Below are positions 10,601 to 19,384 of a stretch of DNA of 64,000 nt, in pieces. The notes beneath the pieces were generated by a model. It was not told the origin of the DNA. It saw only the letters and a list, made by a program, of their open reading frames with translations, and ran no database searches. The stretch covers positions 3,029,669-3,093,668 of the forward strand of contig OZ257140.1 of the NCBI GenBank assembly GCA_965279165.1, read 5' to 3'. The position numbers and the translations under genes were made by a program. This DNA comes from Bacteroidia bacterium. Its GTDB lineage: Bacteria; Bacteroidota; Bacteroidia; UKL13-3. How positions within the stretch are numbered: position 1 is the first letter of the stretch; every line of letters starts with the position of its first letter.

Positions 10601-11807
10601 CAGCACCCATAGCATTGCTAACTGCCAGACATACTTTGTACAAACCTGGATCAGCTGCTACCAAGTAAGGTGTACCTGCAGTATCATTTTTGGAGCCATT
10701 ATAAAAGAATTCGTTTTTGTATAATCCGCAGGTATAACAAGGCGGGTCAAGGTACCATTTCCATTTGGTTGGACCATCATAGCTAAGATCGCTGAATTGT
10801 GAACGATCGTATACAGCTAAATGGCGTTTGGAAGCAAAAAAGATTGCTTTGGGTTTGCGAACAGCATTGCTTACAAAAATTGATTTTTCAACGAAACTGG
10901 TACCGTATTTGTTTGTTGTAAATAATTTAATGCGATAGAAACCGGCAGTTGGAAAAGTATAATATAAATTTGTTTTGTTTACTATCGTATCCAACCAAGT
11001 TCCTCGATTATTTGACTGTAATACATCGTTCGGGTTATTATATGGCGACCATGGTCCATTGGCACTGGTGGTGTTAAATCCGGTAATTTGCCAATAGTTG
11101 GTATCGGAATAGCTGGAAGTATTTACTAAAACTGAAGGAGATCCAATCCATAAGGTATCGGCGTTGTTTTGGGCTATAAAATTTGCCAAAGGTGGAATTT
11201 TTGGGGTATTGGTTGGAGCAGGTGCAATATCAAAACCGATATCAGGCCAAGTGCCATCTACTCCTGTAGAACCAGTTGCATTACAACCGCCAGAAGATGC
11301 ATAGGTACGTCTGTTTGTTCCTCCAGGTGTTAATACAGTAAATCCGGTACCTGAACCTGCATCAATACACGCATCCCAAATCAAACTCATAGATGGATCG
11401 AAAGGAAACGGATTATCCAATACAAAAGTTACCCAACCTTGTACCACTGCATTGATGGTTGGAGATTGGTTATACACATTGGTAGTTGGAACCCAAGGTC
11501 CTGTTGTTAAACCGGTAATGGTAGCAGATTGCTGGCCCATTCCAATTCTTAAACCGGTATAACTGGTTGAAGAAGTTGTTCCGGATCTTACATAGAATTT
11601 TGTAATTACCATTCCACTTGGTGGCACGGCATTAAATTCATTGAAAAAGTTAATGTATTGTGACTTGTATGTGGAATACGATGGGTAAAATGGAATAGCA
11701 TTTCCTCCCGTACCTGTACTTCGATAGTATTGAGGGATTTGTGCAAAGGCGACGATTCCAATTAGTTGAACCAGAATCAAGAGGGATGTTTTGTATATTT
11801 TTTTCAT
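7605..11807 (-). CDS. Large T9SS-secreted surface protein, paralogue B (different N-terminal domain, stalk nearly identical to paralogue A)
   Basis: Same stalk and CTD as 3278-7393; N-terminal ~190 aa unrelated ('QYINFFNEF...GWVTFVLDNPFPFD'). Confidence 0.9.
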   Translation of the reverse strand: MKKIYKTSLLILVQLIGIVAFAQIPQYYRSTGTGGNAIPFYPSYSTYKSQYINFFNEFNAVPPSGMVITKFYVRSGTTSSTSYTGLRIGMGQQSATITGLTTGPWVPTTNVYNQSPTINAVVQGWVTFVLDNPFPFDPSMSLIWDACIDAGSGTGFTVLTPGGTNRRTYASSGGCNATGSTGVDGTWPDIGFDIAPAPTNTPKIPPLANFIAQNNADTLWIGSPSVLVNTSSYSDTNYWQITGFNTTSANGPWSPYNNPNDVLQSNNRGTWLDTIVNKTNLYYTFPTAGFYRIKLFTTNKYGTSFVEKSIFVSNAVRKPKAIFFASKRHLAVYDRSQFSDLSYDGPTKWKWYLDPPCYTCGLYKNEFFYNGSKNDTAGTPYLVAADPGLYKVCLAVSNAMGADTLCQNAYLKVIPGFQMCNGSDTAGTTSEGAVMPTLVNSTDMQYIASGCTQGFRIAPCADTITLTLDRLRLRKNGGFNAPGDSLYIKTSTLPGAGVLRRWGGNDITAYKDSLKTLKFVGQNVYITYVPAAPNTPTTIVKDSGFLIRWSSTAATYPAPVAAFTSPDTIYSGYKVIFQNQSSGKYVNYAWDTNDDGVFGKDKPSLGIDSTSVNPSMVYNVSVATNKTVCLKSYNCVSSDTVCKTFLVLPTNLAPFADFTVNKTTGLTTDTFALYDMSFNGANQWKWRFEPNNLSYLGGTDSTSQNPIVFLHTNTNYSVTLTATNAFGNSTKKKTNYITTISYPSPGSQFTPTSSVEDFGIVRVTLIGNIGRIDTTTSLKPTDGSAYQPMYNLSKTTVYRGGKYTVDVYRGDSPQDSMNLRVWLDFNRNANYLDAGETIISEDRKLNVKYSKEFSVPANASIGVSRMLVGASAAFSTITPYSATLGVYEEHGVTIGKDNTKPVITLKGSSVTKTEINLTYIDSGATAMDNIEGDISGRLTRISDVDVNHVGYYTVKYVVSDYYGNISDTVIRTVQVELNQTGPKITLNGSDTVILEVRKDSYTDAGATAKDNNGSDITSNMLTTKNLDTANVGVYNYTYTVADAFGFIATKQRVIIVRDTEKPSIHTRTINDTNLVVHQIKTPFDEQVYLRVDDNYWTNIVPVRTANSNPIDIEKQGIYPLSYVATDGSGNVSATYTLYVKVTNTFKPIISLVGASEVTVKVFTSYNDPKAVAKDYFNNSLQVEISKDELNVNQIGNYYRTYAATDEFGNTETVNRLIKVRDLDAPIITVLGENPVVVVMGTKTKEQILQLIDANPGSIKVTDNFDPKPIISDNSATIPLEQAGTYAIKYDATDGSGNKAQQKQRFLQLLPATGIAQIQAATNPVHVYPNPSKGIINIELAQGEIRNIKIYNIAGALVKDIRNERNSGTFQIDLSNENEGMYLMRIEGSAKTFTTKITINK

Positions 11808-11913
11808 AAAATCATAATTATCAGTTTTTAAAATCCATACATTATCTTTTAATAACTTAAAAAAAGATGTATAAATATGTGTTTTTATTCTTGCACTAGT
11901 TACTAAATATTTA

Positions 11914-11976
11914 TAAAAAATCTAACCCCAACTTTTCTGTTTTAAAAAAAACTGCAAAGTCGGAGTTAGGTTTTAT
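11914..11976 (-). terminator. Probable terminator hairpin of the 11996-16102 gene
   Basis: Imperfect inverted repeat AATCTAACCCCAACTTT...AAAGTCGGAGTTAGGTT with adjacent A-run. Confidence 0.55.
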
Positions 11977-11995
11977 GTTGATTTTGTATCTTGTT

Positions 11996-14900
11996 TTAGT
12001 TATTCACGTTTAATTTTCCAGTTAACATACTGCCATCTTTATTGGTTACACGAATCAAATACGTTCCTGTATTTAAGCCGGTAATGTCTAGTTTGTATTG
12101 GTTGCCAATTTTTACAAATTCCAAAGCAAATTGTTTTCCTAACATATCAATTGCCATCATAGAACCAGGTTCGGTTCCTGAAATGTTAATGGTACATTCT
12201 TTGGTTGCAGGATTAGGGTAAATTCCCAATGCATCGTTTGCAACAACATCATTGATACCTGTAGTTAATACATAAACCACACGTTTCTTCTCTTCTGCTT
12301 TATTACCTGCTGCATCTGTTGCATTAATATAAACCGTATAATAATAACCACCACCGCAAATATTTACTTTGGAAGAATCGATGGTTATTTGTATGCCATT
12401 GCCATCTTGTTTACTGGTTGTTGTAAAAACGGAAGTGTTAAAGTTATCGGATACTTTGATGCCCGGGTCGTTGTAGGCGTTGCATAGTGGTAAAGAAATA
12501 GGATTTCCACCCAACATTTCGATAACAGGGGATTCTAAATCTTTAACCCTAATTACCCTTTGAACAGAATTGGATATACCAAATTCGTCGGTTGCGGTGT
12601 AAGTAACTGTTGCGTCTGAAATGGTATCCATCCGTAATACCTCATTGAGATCGCTGGTATATGGTAACAGGTCGCCTTTGTAATCTTTTGCTACCACACC
12701 CAAATCATTAAATGAGCCATAAACAGGAACAATCATCACTGCAGAACCCACCAAATTGATAGTAGGTTTAACGGTATTGGTTACGGCAACATAGAAAGTA
12801 TATTCATTTGCCATATTTCCTGAACCATCGGTAGAAGTATATTTCAACGTATAGATACCAGATTTATTGGTATTCAACTCGCCGTTGCGGTACAACATCA
12901 ATTCAGCCCAATAATTATCGGTTACCTGGATATATTTGTTATCGTCGAACACGGTTCCAATCTGATGTATAACGGTGTCGTTACCACTATAGGAAGCGAT
13001 AATTGGTGATTGTGTATCTACCACTTTAACCACTCGTTTTTGGGAAGCATTTAATCCAAAAGCATCGTGAATGGTATAGGTTAAAACATAGGTGCCAAGT
13101 AAATCCTCATTAAGCATTCCGGAACGTTGTACCTGAGCGGTTAAAGTATCTCCCAAATGACTCAAAGCCAAATAACCCGGCTCTACAAAATCGTTATGTA
13201 CTTCTACCTGTACAGTATCATTACCATATAAACTAAGGGATGGACCACGGCTATTGAGAACAACCTGAACACTGCGAACAAGCGTATCCGAAGTATTTCC
13301 ATACATATCAGTAACATAATACTTTATGGTATAAAAACCTAATTGTAAAGTATTTACACCGTTTATTGTTACAATTTTATTGGTGATATCACCTTGGATA
13401 TTATCGGTAGCGGTAGCTCCCGAATCAACAAAATTGTGGTTGATTTCTGTCACTGCATTCATGGATCCTTTTAAGGTAATAACCGGTTTTTTGGTATCGT
13501 TTCCGATTACCATACCATAATCTTCATATACTCCTATATTAGATGTAGTGGAACTAATGGTTGATATTTCGTTGCATGCACCAATTAAAATCCTGGAAGT
13601 CCCAATGGCTGCATTGGCAGGAATGGTAATGGTTGTGCTGCTTTTAACTTTTTTCACTTTGTCTTCAAAAAACACCAATTCGTTTTCATCGGTATAATCG
13701 GCATCCCGGTTAAAATCGGCCCAGATTTTTAAAGTCATCGGGTCATTGGCAGTTTGTCTGTAGACATCAATAGAATAAGTACCACCGCGGTATACTGTTG
13801 TTTTTAATTCTGAGAATAAACCGGTATAGGTAGGTGATTTTAAATTGGTTATGGTATCCAAAATTTTGTCGGCACCATTGATTACTACTCTGCTGATACC
13901 AAAGTCGGTTGCATCTAAAGTTGCCGGGAAGGCACTGTTCGGGCTACCATAATCTATCGCATAAACCAATTGGTTCTTTGTAATCTGGCTGCTTCCTTGT
14001 GTATTGCTGGTGATTAAGGTGATGTTATAATATTGTGCCGCATTGAGCGATACTACAGGAAACTGGCTGGTAGAATCGGTACCGGCAAGATACGTTACGT
14101 TATTAGGTTCGAAACGCCATTTCCAGGCCAAAGCACCATTTTGCGTTTTATCAATAAACTTGAAAGTATCGCTGATAAATCCGAAAGTACGGTTAACGAT
14201 GAAATCTGTGATTGGAGGTGCCGTTATTGGGTAAATCGGTAAGGTTTTACAATAAACATCTGAACCTTTACAATTTGCTGTACGCAAACATACCTTACGG
14301 GTAGATGGAGTAAGCGTTGTATAGGTTATTGTAGGATTAACTGTAATGGAATCGACAGCCATAGATGGATTATCTACTCCATATATACCATCGTTATTCA
14401 AATCCCAAGAATAGAATAAATTGCTACCGGTACTTTCGTTGATAAAACGCACTTTGTATCCGGAATATAGGGTATCCGGACAAGAGAATAATGCCGCAGG
14501 AGTAGGATAAGTAGCCGGTGAAGATGTCCATTTAATGGTGAATCCGGAATCGTTAACCATTGGTGGAGGAGTTCCAACTGCAGGCGTATAGGTTATAAAG
14601 ATTTGTTGACCTATGTGCTTATAAACTTTTGTGGTATCTTTAAGTGAAGCAAAATTTGCTCCTCCGTAACGGCGAACGATGGTTCCGTTGTATCCGTTAA
14701 GGCGAACATAAATAGAATCGCCGGCACCGGAGAAAGAACCCGGACGTAAGCGTAATCTTTCTAAGGTCAGGTAAATGGTATCAGCACAAGGAGCAATGCG
14801 GAATCCCGAACCAAGTATAGTGGTTGGTTCAAATTGTCCAGATAACGGAATACCTGCCGGACCTCTTAAATCTGAATACAAATAACCCTGATCGTTTTTA

Positions 14901-16102
14901 CCAACTGTATCTACTCTACCGGGTTCGTTGTGCATCATTAAATAACCAGGTAATACCTTCATATAATCATTGTTGCATAAGGTATCGCTTCCCTTTGAGT
15001 TGGTTACAGCCAAACATATTTTGTAACTACCCGCTATAAACGGTGCAAATGTTGGATTGAAAGCGGCATCACTTGGGTAAAATTTATTAGAATCGGCAGG
15101 GCAAGTTGGACAAGTATTGTTGATAGCCCACCATTTAATTGTGGCGGGAGCATTGGTGCTCATGTTATTAAATTGAATGCGATCATTGATACCAATTTGT
15201 CGGCGAGTGGCAAAAAAGAAAGCAGAAGGTTTGGATCTAGGCGTATCTACATAAACCACTTTTTCGATGGATGCATTGCCATTTACATTTACAGTTGTTA
15301 AAGCAACTTTGTAGTAACCGCGATTTGGGAAATTATAAGCCAGATTTGGGTTATTGTTCGCTGTGTCGATAAAACAACCAAGGGTATTGCATTGTAGCGT
15401 ATCTTTAGGAAGCGTGCTGTAATTGGTCCAAGGTCCATTTGGAGAACCGGAGCTGTATTGTGTTATATTCCAATAACTCTTATCTGCAGCAGTACTGGTG
15501 TTGATGATGGTTGAAACAGACTTTTCCCACAAGGTATCTTGACCAAGGGTGAATTGAAAATTAGGGGAAGGAGGATCTTTTGGAATATTTGGTGCAGGTG
15601 CATCCCAGATCTCGATTTCACGGAAATTAATATTGGAAAGCTGGGAGCCGGACATGGTGAAAGAAGTTAAACGAAATCGGGCAACTGTTAAAGTAGAAGG
15701 GAAAGGAACCAAGTTAATGCACTGATCCGGAAGATTTGCAAACGTAAAGAAGGTTACCCATGCAGAAGTAGAAACATCCCAATACTGTACGGTTGCACCT
15801 GCCATGAAACGGGTTCCGGTTTGGGCATGGTGAATGGTCATTGCATTGAATGACATCGGTTGTGTCCAATCGAATTGCATCCATTCCACTCCCGGAGTTA
15901 AGCTTGGAGGTGTGCCGGTTGAAATCCACATTTGTTGTGAGCCGCAACTGCCATAATTTAAATCATTTAAGGTGCTACATGCGCCGGTATTACAAGTACT
16001 TGCAGAGGCTACTGCTTGGGGAGCAATATTGGTTTGTGCTTGTAATTGCATACCAAGAACCCCCAGTATGCAAGTAAAAATGAAGTGGTATATTTTTTTC
16101 AT
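11996..16102 (-). CDS. Large T9SS-secreted surface protein, paralogue C (N-terminal domain shared with A, diverged stalk)
   Basis: N-terminus 'AQTNIAPQAVASASTCNTGACSTLNDL...FREIEIW' matches A; same domain order; CTD 'IYPNPA...KLNVNN'. Confidence 0.9.
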   Translation of the reverse strand: MKKIYHFIFTCILGVLGMQLQAQTNIAPQAVASASTCNTGACSTLNDLNYGSCGSQQMWISTGTPPSLTPGVEWMQFDWTQPMSFNAMTIHHAQTGTRFMAGATVQYWDVSTSAWVTFFTFANLPDQCINLVPFPSTLTVARFRLTSFTMSGSQLSNINFREIEIWDAPAPNIPKDPPSPNFQFTLGQDTLWEKSVSTIINTSTAADKSYWNITQYSSGSPNGPWTNYSTLPKDTLQCNTLGCFIDTANNNPNLAYNFPNRGYYKVALTTVNVNGNASIEKVVYVDTPRSKPSAFFFATRRQIGINDRIQFNNMSTNAPATIKWWAINNTCPTCPADSNKFYPSDAAFNPTFAPFIAGSYKICLAVTNSKGSDTLCNNDYMKVLPGYLMMHNEPGRVDTVGKNDQGYLYSDLRGPAGIPLSGQFEPTTILGSGFRIAPCADTIYLTLERLRLRPGSFSGAGDSIYVRLNGYNGTIVRRYGGANFASLKDTTKVYKHIGQQIFITYTPAVGTPPPMVNDSGFTIKWTSSPATYPTPAALFSCPDTLYSGYKVRFINESTGSNLFYSWDLNNDGIYGVDNPSMAVDSITVNPTITYTTLTPSTRKVCLRTANCKGSDVYCKTLPIYPITAPPITDFIVNRTFGFISDTFKFIDKTQNGALAWKWRFEPNNVTYLAGTDSTSQFPVVSLNAAQYYNITLITSNTQGSSQITKNQLVYAIDYGSPNSAFPATLDATDFGISRVVINGADKILDTITNLKSPTYTGLFSELKTTVYRGGTYSIDVYRQTANDPMTLKIWADFNRDADYTDENELVFFEDKVKKVKSSTTITIPANAAIGTSRILIGACNEISTISSTTSNIGVYEDYGMVIGNDTKKPVITLKGSMNAVTEINHNFVDSGATATDNIQGDITNKIVTINGVNTLQLGFYTIKYYVTDMYGNTSDTLVRSVQVVLNSRGPSLSLYGNDTVQVEVHNDFVEPGYLALSHLGDTLTAQVQRSGMLNEDLLGTYVLTYTIHDAFGLNASQKRVVKVVDTQSPIIASYSGNDTVIHQIGTVFDDNKYIQVTDNYWAELMLYRNGELNTNKSGIYTLKYTSTDGSGNMANEYTFYVAVTNTVKPTINLVGSAVMIVPVYGSFNDLGVVAKDYKGDLLPYTSDLNEVLRMDTISDATVTYTATDEFGISNSVQRVIRVKDLESPVIEMLGGNPISLPLCNAYNDPGIKVSDNFNTSVFTTTSKQDGNGIQITIDSSKVNICGGGYYYTVYINATDAAGNKAEEKKRVVYVLTTGINDVVANDALGIYPNPATKECTINISGTEPGSMMAIDMLGKQFALEFVKIGNQYKLDITGLNTGTYLIRVTNKDGSMLTGKLNVNN

Positions 16103-16204
16103 ATGGTTTAATTAATGACGTTTCAAAAAGGAATTATATCCAATTCGTAAATATCAGGAATTGATTTCTTAAAATCAAGTTAAAATTAACCTAATTTTAA
16201 TATC

Positions 16205-16396
16205 CTATTTTGTATGGTAGGGACAATGCAAACAGTTGTTTTTGCAGCAGATTTTACGTTTTAGTAAATAAGTGGAAGTGAATACCAGTCGGCCATCCGG
16301 AAGTAGGTAGTAATCCGGGTCGTTTAAGTTGTCCGGAGAATCTTGTAAATTGGTTTTATTCTCAGTCAGAATGGATTCAGACTTCTGTTTATTCAT
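16205..16396 (-). CDS. DUF5522-like small Cys/His-rich protein
   Basis: 'DYYL..DG.LVFT..YLLKR..CC.N.C.HCPY' signature; start overlaps upstream stop (ATGAATAA). Confidence 0.8.
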   Translation of the reverse strand: MNKQKSESILTENKTNLQDSPDNLNDPDYYLLPDGRLVFTSTYLLKRKICCKNNCLHCPYHTK

Positions 16397-17465
16397 AATA
16401 AAAGCAAAAACTGCTGCTATTTATTCCTGCCGAAAATTGTCCGGTTAAATTACCCAAGGTGTTGTAATGGTAAATGATAGATTGTTCCTGGAAATTTTTT
16501 GCATCGGAAATATAGATATCTCCCGATTTGGGATCGACTCCTAATCCGTAATAGGTATGGTTAAGCCCCAAACCTGCAACAAATAAGTTTGCGGAAGGTA
16601 TCGAGTCGGTTGTATTTATCGACAATAAATCATCAGCCAGAACATATATTTTAGTACCCGAATTATCGGATTTGATTTTTCGTAAATTGGTAGAGTTGAG
16701 GGATATTGTTTTAATAACCTGAAACGAGGTTCCTGAAATACAATTTAACACTGCTTTATCTGTTCCTTCTCCGGTTGAACCCACCCATATATTTTCTTTT
16801 GCATCTCCATCCAATGAAGTGGGATGTTTGCCAACATAAACAGTGTGGGTTATTGAATCGTTTGTGGGGTCAATAATCAACACATTGCCGGTTTTATTGG
16901 CGGTAACACACAATTTATTTTGGATAATTTTAATTTCATCCTGCCAACTTCCACAATCAATTTTTTTAATAATTTGACCGGTTGAGGGATTAACAACAAC
17001 CAGAAAATTACTGAAAAACTCAGAAACATATGCCTTATGATCATTTACAAATGCGATGTATCTTGGCGAAACCAATCCGGTTATGGAATAAAGGGATTGG
17101 TAATTGCTTCGGTTTAATACTTCAATTTTTTGTGAATTGTTTACCACCACAAAATACTTGTCGTTGTGTAAGGCAATCGATTGTACAATATCGCCGATTG
17201 GTCGGTTGTTGGCGGTCTTAAAAATATCAGAAACTTGTTGGTTGTTGGTGATGTCAATTAAAGTTACGGAAGCATCTCCATGCATAAACTGTCCTTCGTT
17301 CCCAATTAAAATGGTAGCACTTGTTTTGGCAGGAATGGTAATATCATCTTTCGGAATCGGGTTTTTATCGCATGCAAAAACTACAATCAGGCATAGGAAT
17401 AAATAAATTTGATGAATCCGGTTTTTTTTATTTTCTACCATTGCCTTGGTTGTTATTCTATGCAT
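16389..17465 (-). CDS. btuG: BtuG-like (YncE/DUF5074) beta-propeller surface lipoprotein, putative B12-binding
   Basis: Lipobox VFAC; 'NEGQF..GDAS', 'SPRYI', 'YYGLGVDP', 'YISDAK.F' motifs; in cobalamin-riboswitch operon; alternative start 17441. Confidence 0.75.
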   Translation of the reverse strand: MHRITTKAMVENKKNRIHQIYLFLCLIVVFACDKNPIPKDDITIPAKTSATILIGNEGQFMHGDASVTLIDITNNQQVSDIFKTANNRPIGDIVQSIALHNDKYFVVVNNSQKIEVLNRSNYQSLYSITGLVSPRYIAFVNDHKAYVSEFFSNFLVVVNPSTGQIIKKIDCGSWQDEIKIIQNKLCVTANKTGNVLIIDPTNDSITHTVYVGKHPTSLDGDAKENIWVGSTGEGTDKAVLNCISGTSFQVIKTISLNSTNLRKIKSDNSGTKIYVLADDLLSINTTDSIPSANLFVAGLGLNHTYYGLGVDPKSGDIYISDAKNFQEQSIIYHYNTLGNLTGQFSAGINSSSFCFYYE

Positions 17466-18430
17466 AATTTTACCGTTTCGGTTTTGTTTTCTGAAAAAAG
17501 CCTCACGAAATAAATCCCCTTAACAAGTCCGATCAATCCAATACCGGGTTGCATGGGTGATATTTCTTGTTCAAGTTTAATTGCTCCGGTAATATCGGAT
17601 AAAATCAGTTTTGTAAAATGGATGCCGGTAATAAATATTTCTTGGTTCATTTGTACCGGATTTGGATAAAATCGAGATGTGGATTGGGATTGATAGGGAA
17701 GGCCCATGGTTAAATTCATCACCCCAACTGCATCCAAATCAAAACCACTCGAACCAAATGGGGTAGGCCAAGGATCGTTAATTTTGTTTTGCAATATATC
17801 TCTATTAGCAAAAGTATCCGACAAGCTGCCCACCACATCAATTAAACGGACATGTGATATGTGGTTGATATCAATTCCTACTGAATCTTTCAAGTCTTCT
17901 AAATCGAAAGGTGTTCCATAACCGAAACTATAATTACCCGCCAGATTTTTTGTTTTGCGTGGATTGCTTCCATACGTAAAATCTTTTTGTGTGAGGGTGT
18001 CATCATCATAAACTGCTGCAAAACGAACAAAATGATTTCCATCTGAACTCACTTCAACAAAGGCAAGTTCGAGATAGAATGTGGAGTCGTTTCCAAAGTT
18101 GAAACCATTTTCAAATACAGCAAAATCGGGACCTGCATTGTTTTTTATAAATCCGGGGAAAGATAAGGTTGCAAACCCACCGTCGCCCAAACTAACGATT
18201 CCGTTTTGTTTGGCAGCGCCGATTGCCGCATTGGCATCTCCAATAGTTGCGTTGCCTAATATCGTATCTGCAATATTTTGAAATCCTCTTTTTACTTCAC
18301 AAGCATTTGCCCAAGATACAAAGATGTTGCTATCTGCGGGTATTGCATTTTCGTGGCCAAACGGACGTTGCGAAAATGAGTTTTCGGATAATAACATCCA
18401 ACAAAAAATAAGGAAGTATAACTTAGACAT
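17453..18430 (-). CDS. T9SS-sorted cell-surface protein, BtuH-like putative cobalamin-binding domain
   Basis: Signal peptide from MSKLYFL (18430); 'VSLGDGG..TL.F...I.N..GPDFAVFENGF', 'ELAFVEVSSDG', 'GFDLDAVG'; CTD 'FYPNPV...GIYFVR'. Confidence 0.65.
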   Translation of the reverse strand: MSKLYFLIFCWMLLSENSFSQRPFGHENAIPADSNIFVSWANACEVKRGFQNIADTILGNATIGDANAAIGAAKQNGIVSLGDGGFATLSFPGFIKNNAGPDFAVFENGFNFGNDSTFYLELAFVEVSSDGNHFVRFAAVYDDDTLTQKDFTYGSNPRKTKNLAGNYSFGYGTPFDLEDLKDSVGIDINHISHVRLIDVVGSLSDTFANRDILQNKINDPWPTPFGSSGFDLDAVGVMNLTMGLPYQSQSTSRFYPNPVQMNQEIFITGIHFTKLILSDITGAIKLEQEISPMQPGIGLIGLVKGIYFVRLFSENKTETVKLCIE

Positions 18431-18437
18431 GCTTAAA

Positions 18438-19379
18438 TTAATTGGCGGTGTATTTAATAAACTTGGCATATTTAATTCCTTTTTCTGAATCTATAGTTAG
18501 GAAATAAATACCGTCTTTTAAGTTATCAATGTGCAAAATATTATTGGTGCTTTTTTGTATTTGTTCGCCTTGAAGATTGGTAATCGTAACCCGTTTGATT
18601 TCTGTTTCGGGAATTGAAAGAAATATTTTTTCACTTGCAGGATTTGGATAGATTGCTATTTGTTCCTCTTTGTTATTCTCTAATAATGCATCGGTTCGTG
18701 TTACTTCAAAATTATCGATGCAAAAGTATGCCGGAGTATTCATTCCAAATTGACCATTATCGGATGAAACCAACGAAAAAACAATACTGTCGACTGCACC
18801 TAATGGTATGAGGTTAACGGTAAACCATGTATCCATTATGTCTTGTCCATTGGCTAATTCAACCTGCAAGGTATCTGTTGGTAATCCATTTAAATATCCA
18901 ATAAGATGCAGGTGAAAAAAGTCGGAGTCGTTAAATTTCCTTGCAATTTGGTCACCCCATTTCATGCTTAAATAGGCATAATTTGTATTGGTTATACTGA
19001 TTACATAAGGACGTTTAAATTGAGAATCCGTAAGTTTTAACACTGCATGGTTTTGTCCGATAGCATAATTTGGCGATTGAAAAACACCTTTTCCTGTAAT
19101 GACCGTATATAGTTTGGTAAAGTTTACTGTAGCGCTATCCAGGCTAATATCGGTTTTGTTGGAAATGGCAAATCCTCCTGCCCAATAACCACCAAATGAT
19201 GTATCAAACAAATTGTTGTAATGCGCTTTACCGCTTGTAAAACCATTTGCATCCATGCTATCTCTTCCATCGCGATAAGAGTTTGGTGTTAATATTAAGT
19301 TTTCGAAATCAGACACCGTTTGGGCTTTTGGAATAAAAGAGATAGAAATTGGAATTAAAAATAGGATTAGTTTTTTCAT
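18438..19379 (-). CDS. DUF4465 (BtuJ-like) domain protein with T9SS CTD
   Basis: 'YW.GFA.SN.TD', 'ITNTNYAY.SM..GD..A.KF..D.F', 'SSDNG.FGMNTPAYFCIDN'; CTD 'IYPNPA...GIYFL...KFIK'. Confidence 0.85.
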   Translation of the reverse strand: MKKLILFLIPISISFIPKAQTVSDFENLILTPNSYRDGRDSMDANGFTSGKAHYNNLFDTSFGGYWAGGFAISNKTDISLDSATVNFTKLYTVITGKGVFQSPNYAIGQNHAVLKLTDSQFKRPYVISITNTNYAYLSMKWGDQIARKFNDSDFFHLHLIGYLNGLPTDTLQVELANGQDIMDTWFTVNLIPLGAVDSIVFSLVSSDNGQFGMNTPAYFCIDNFEVTRTDALLENNKEEQIAIYPNPASEKIFLSIPETEIKRVTITNLQGEQIQKSTNNILHIDNLKDGIYFLTIDSEKGIKYAKFIKYTAN

Positions 19380-19384
19380 GTATG

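Noticed and set aside
3278-11807. Diversity-generating retroelement TR/VR pair
   Set aside because: Both copies are intact coding genes, differences are mostly synonymous and not adenine-specific, and no reverse transcriptase is present
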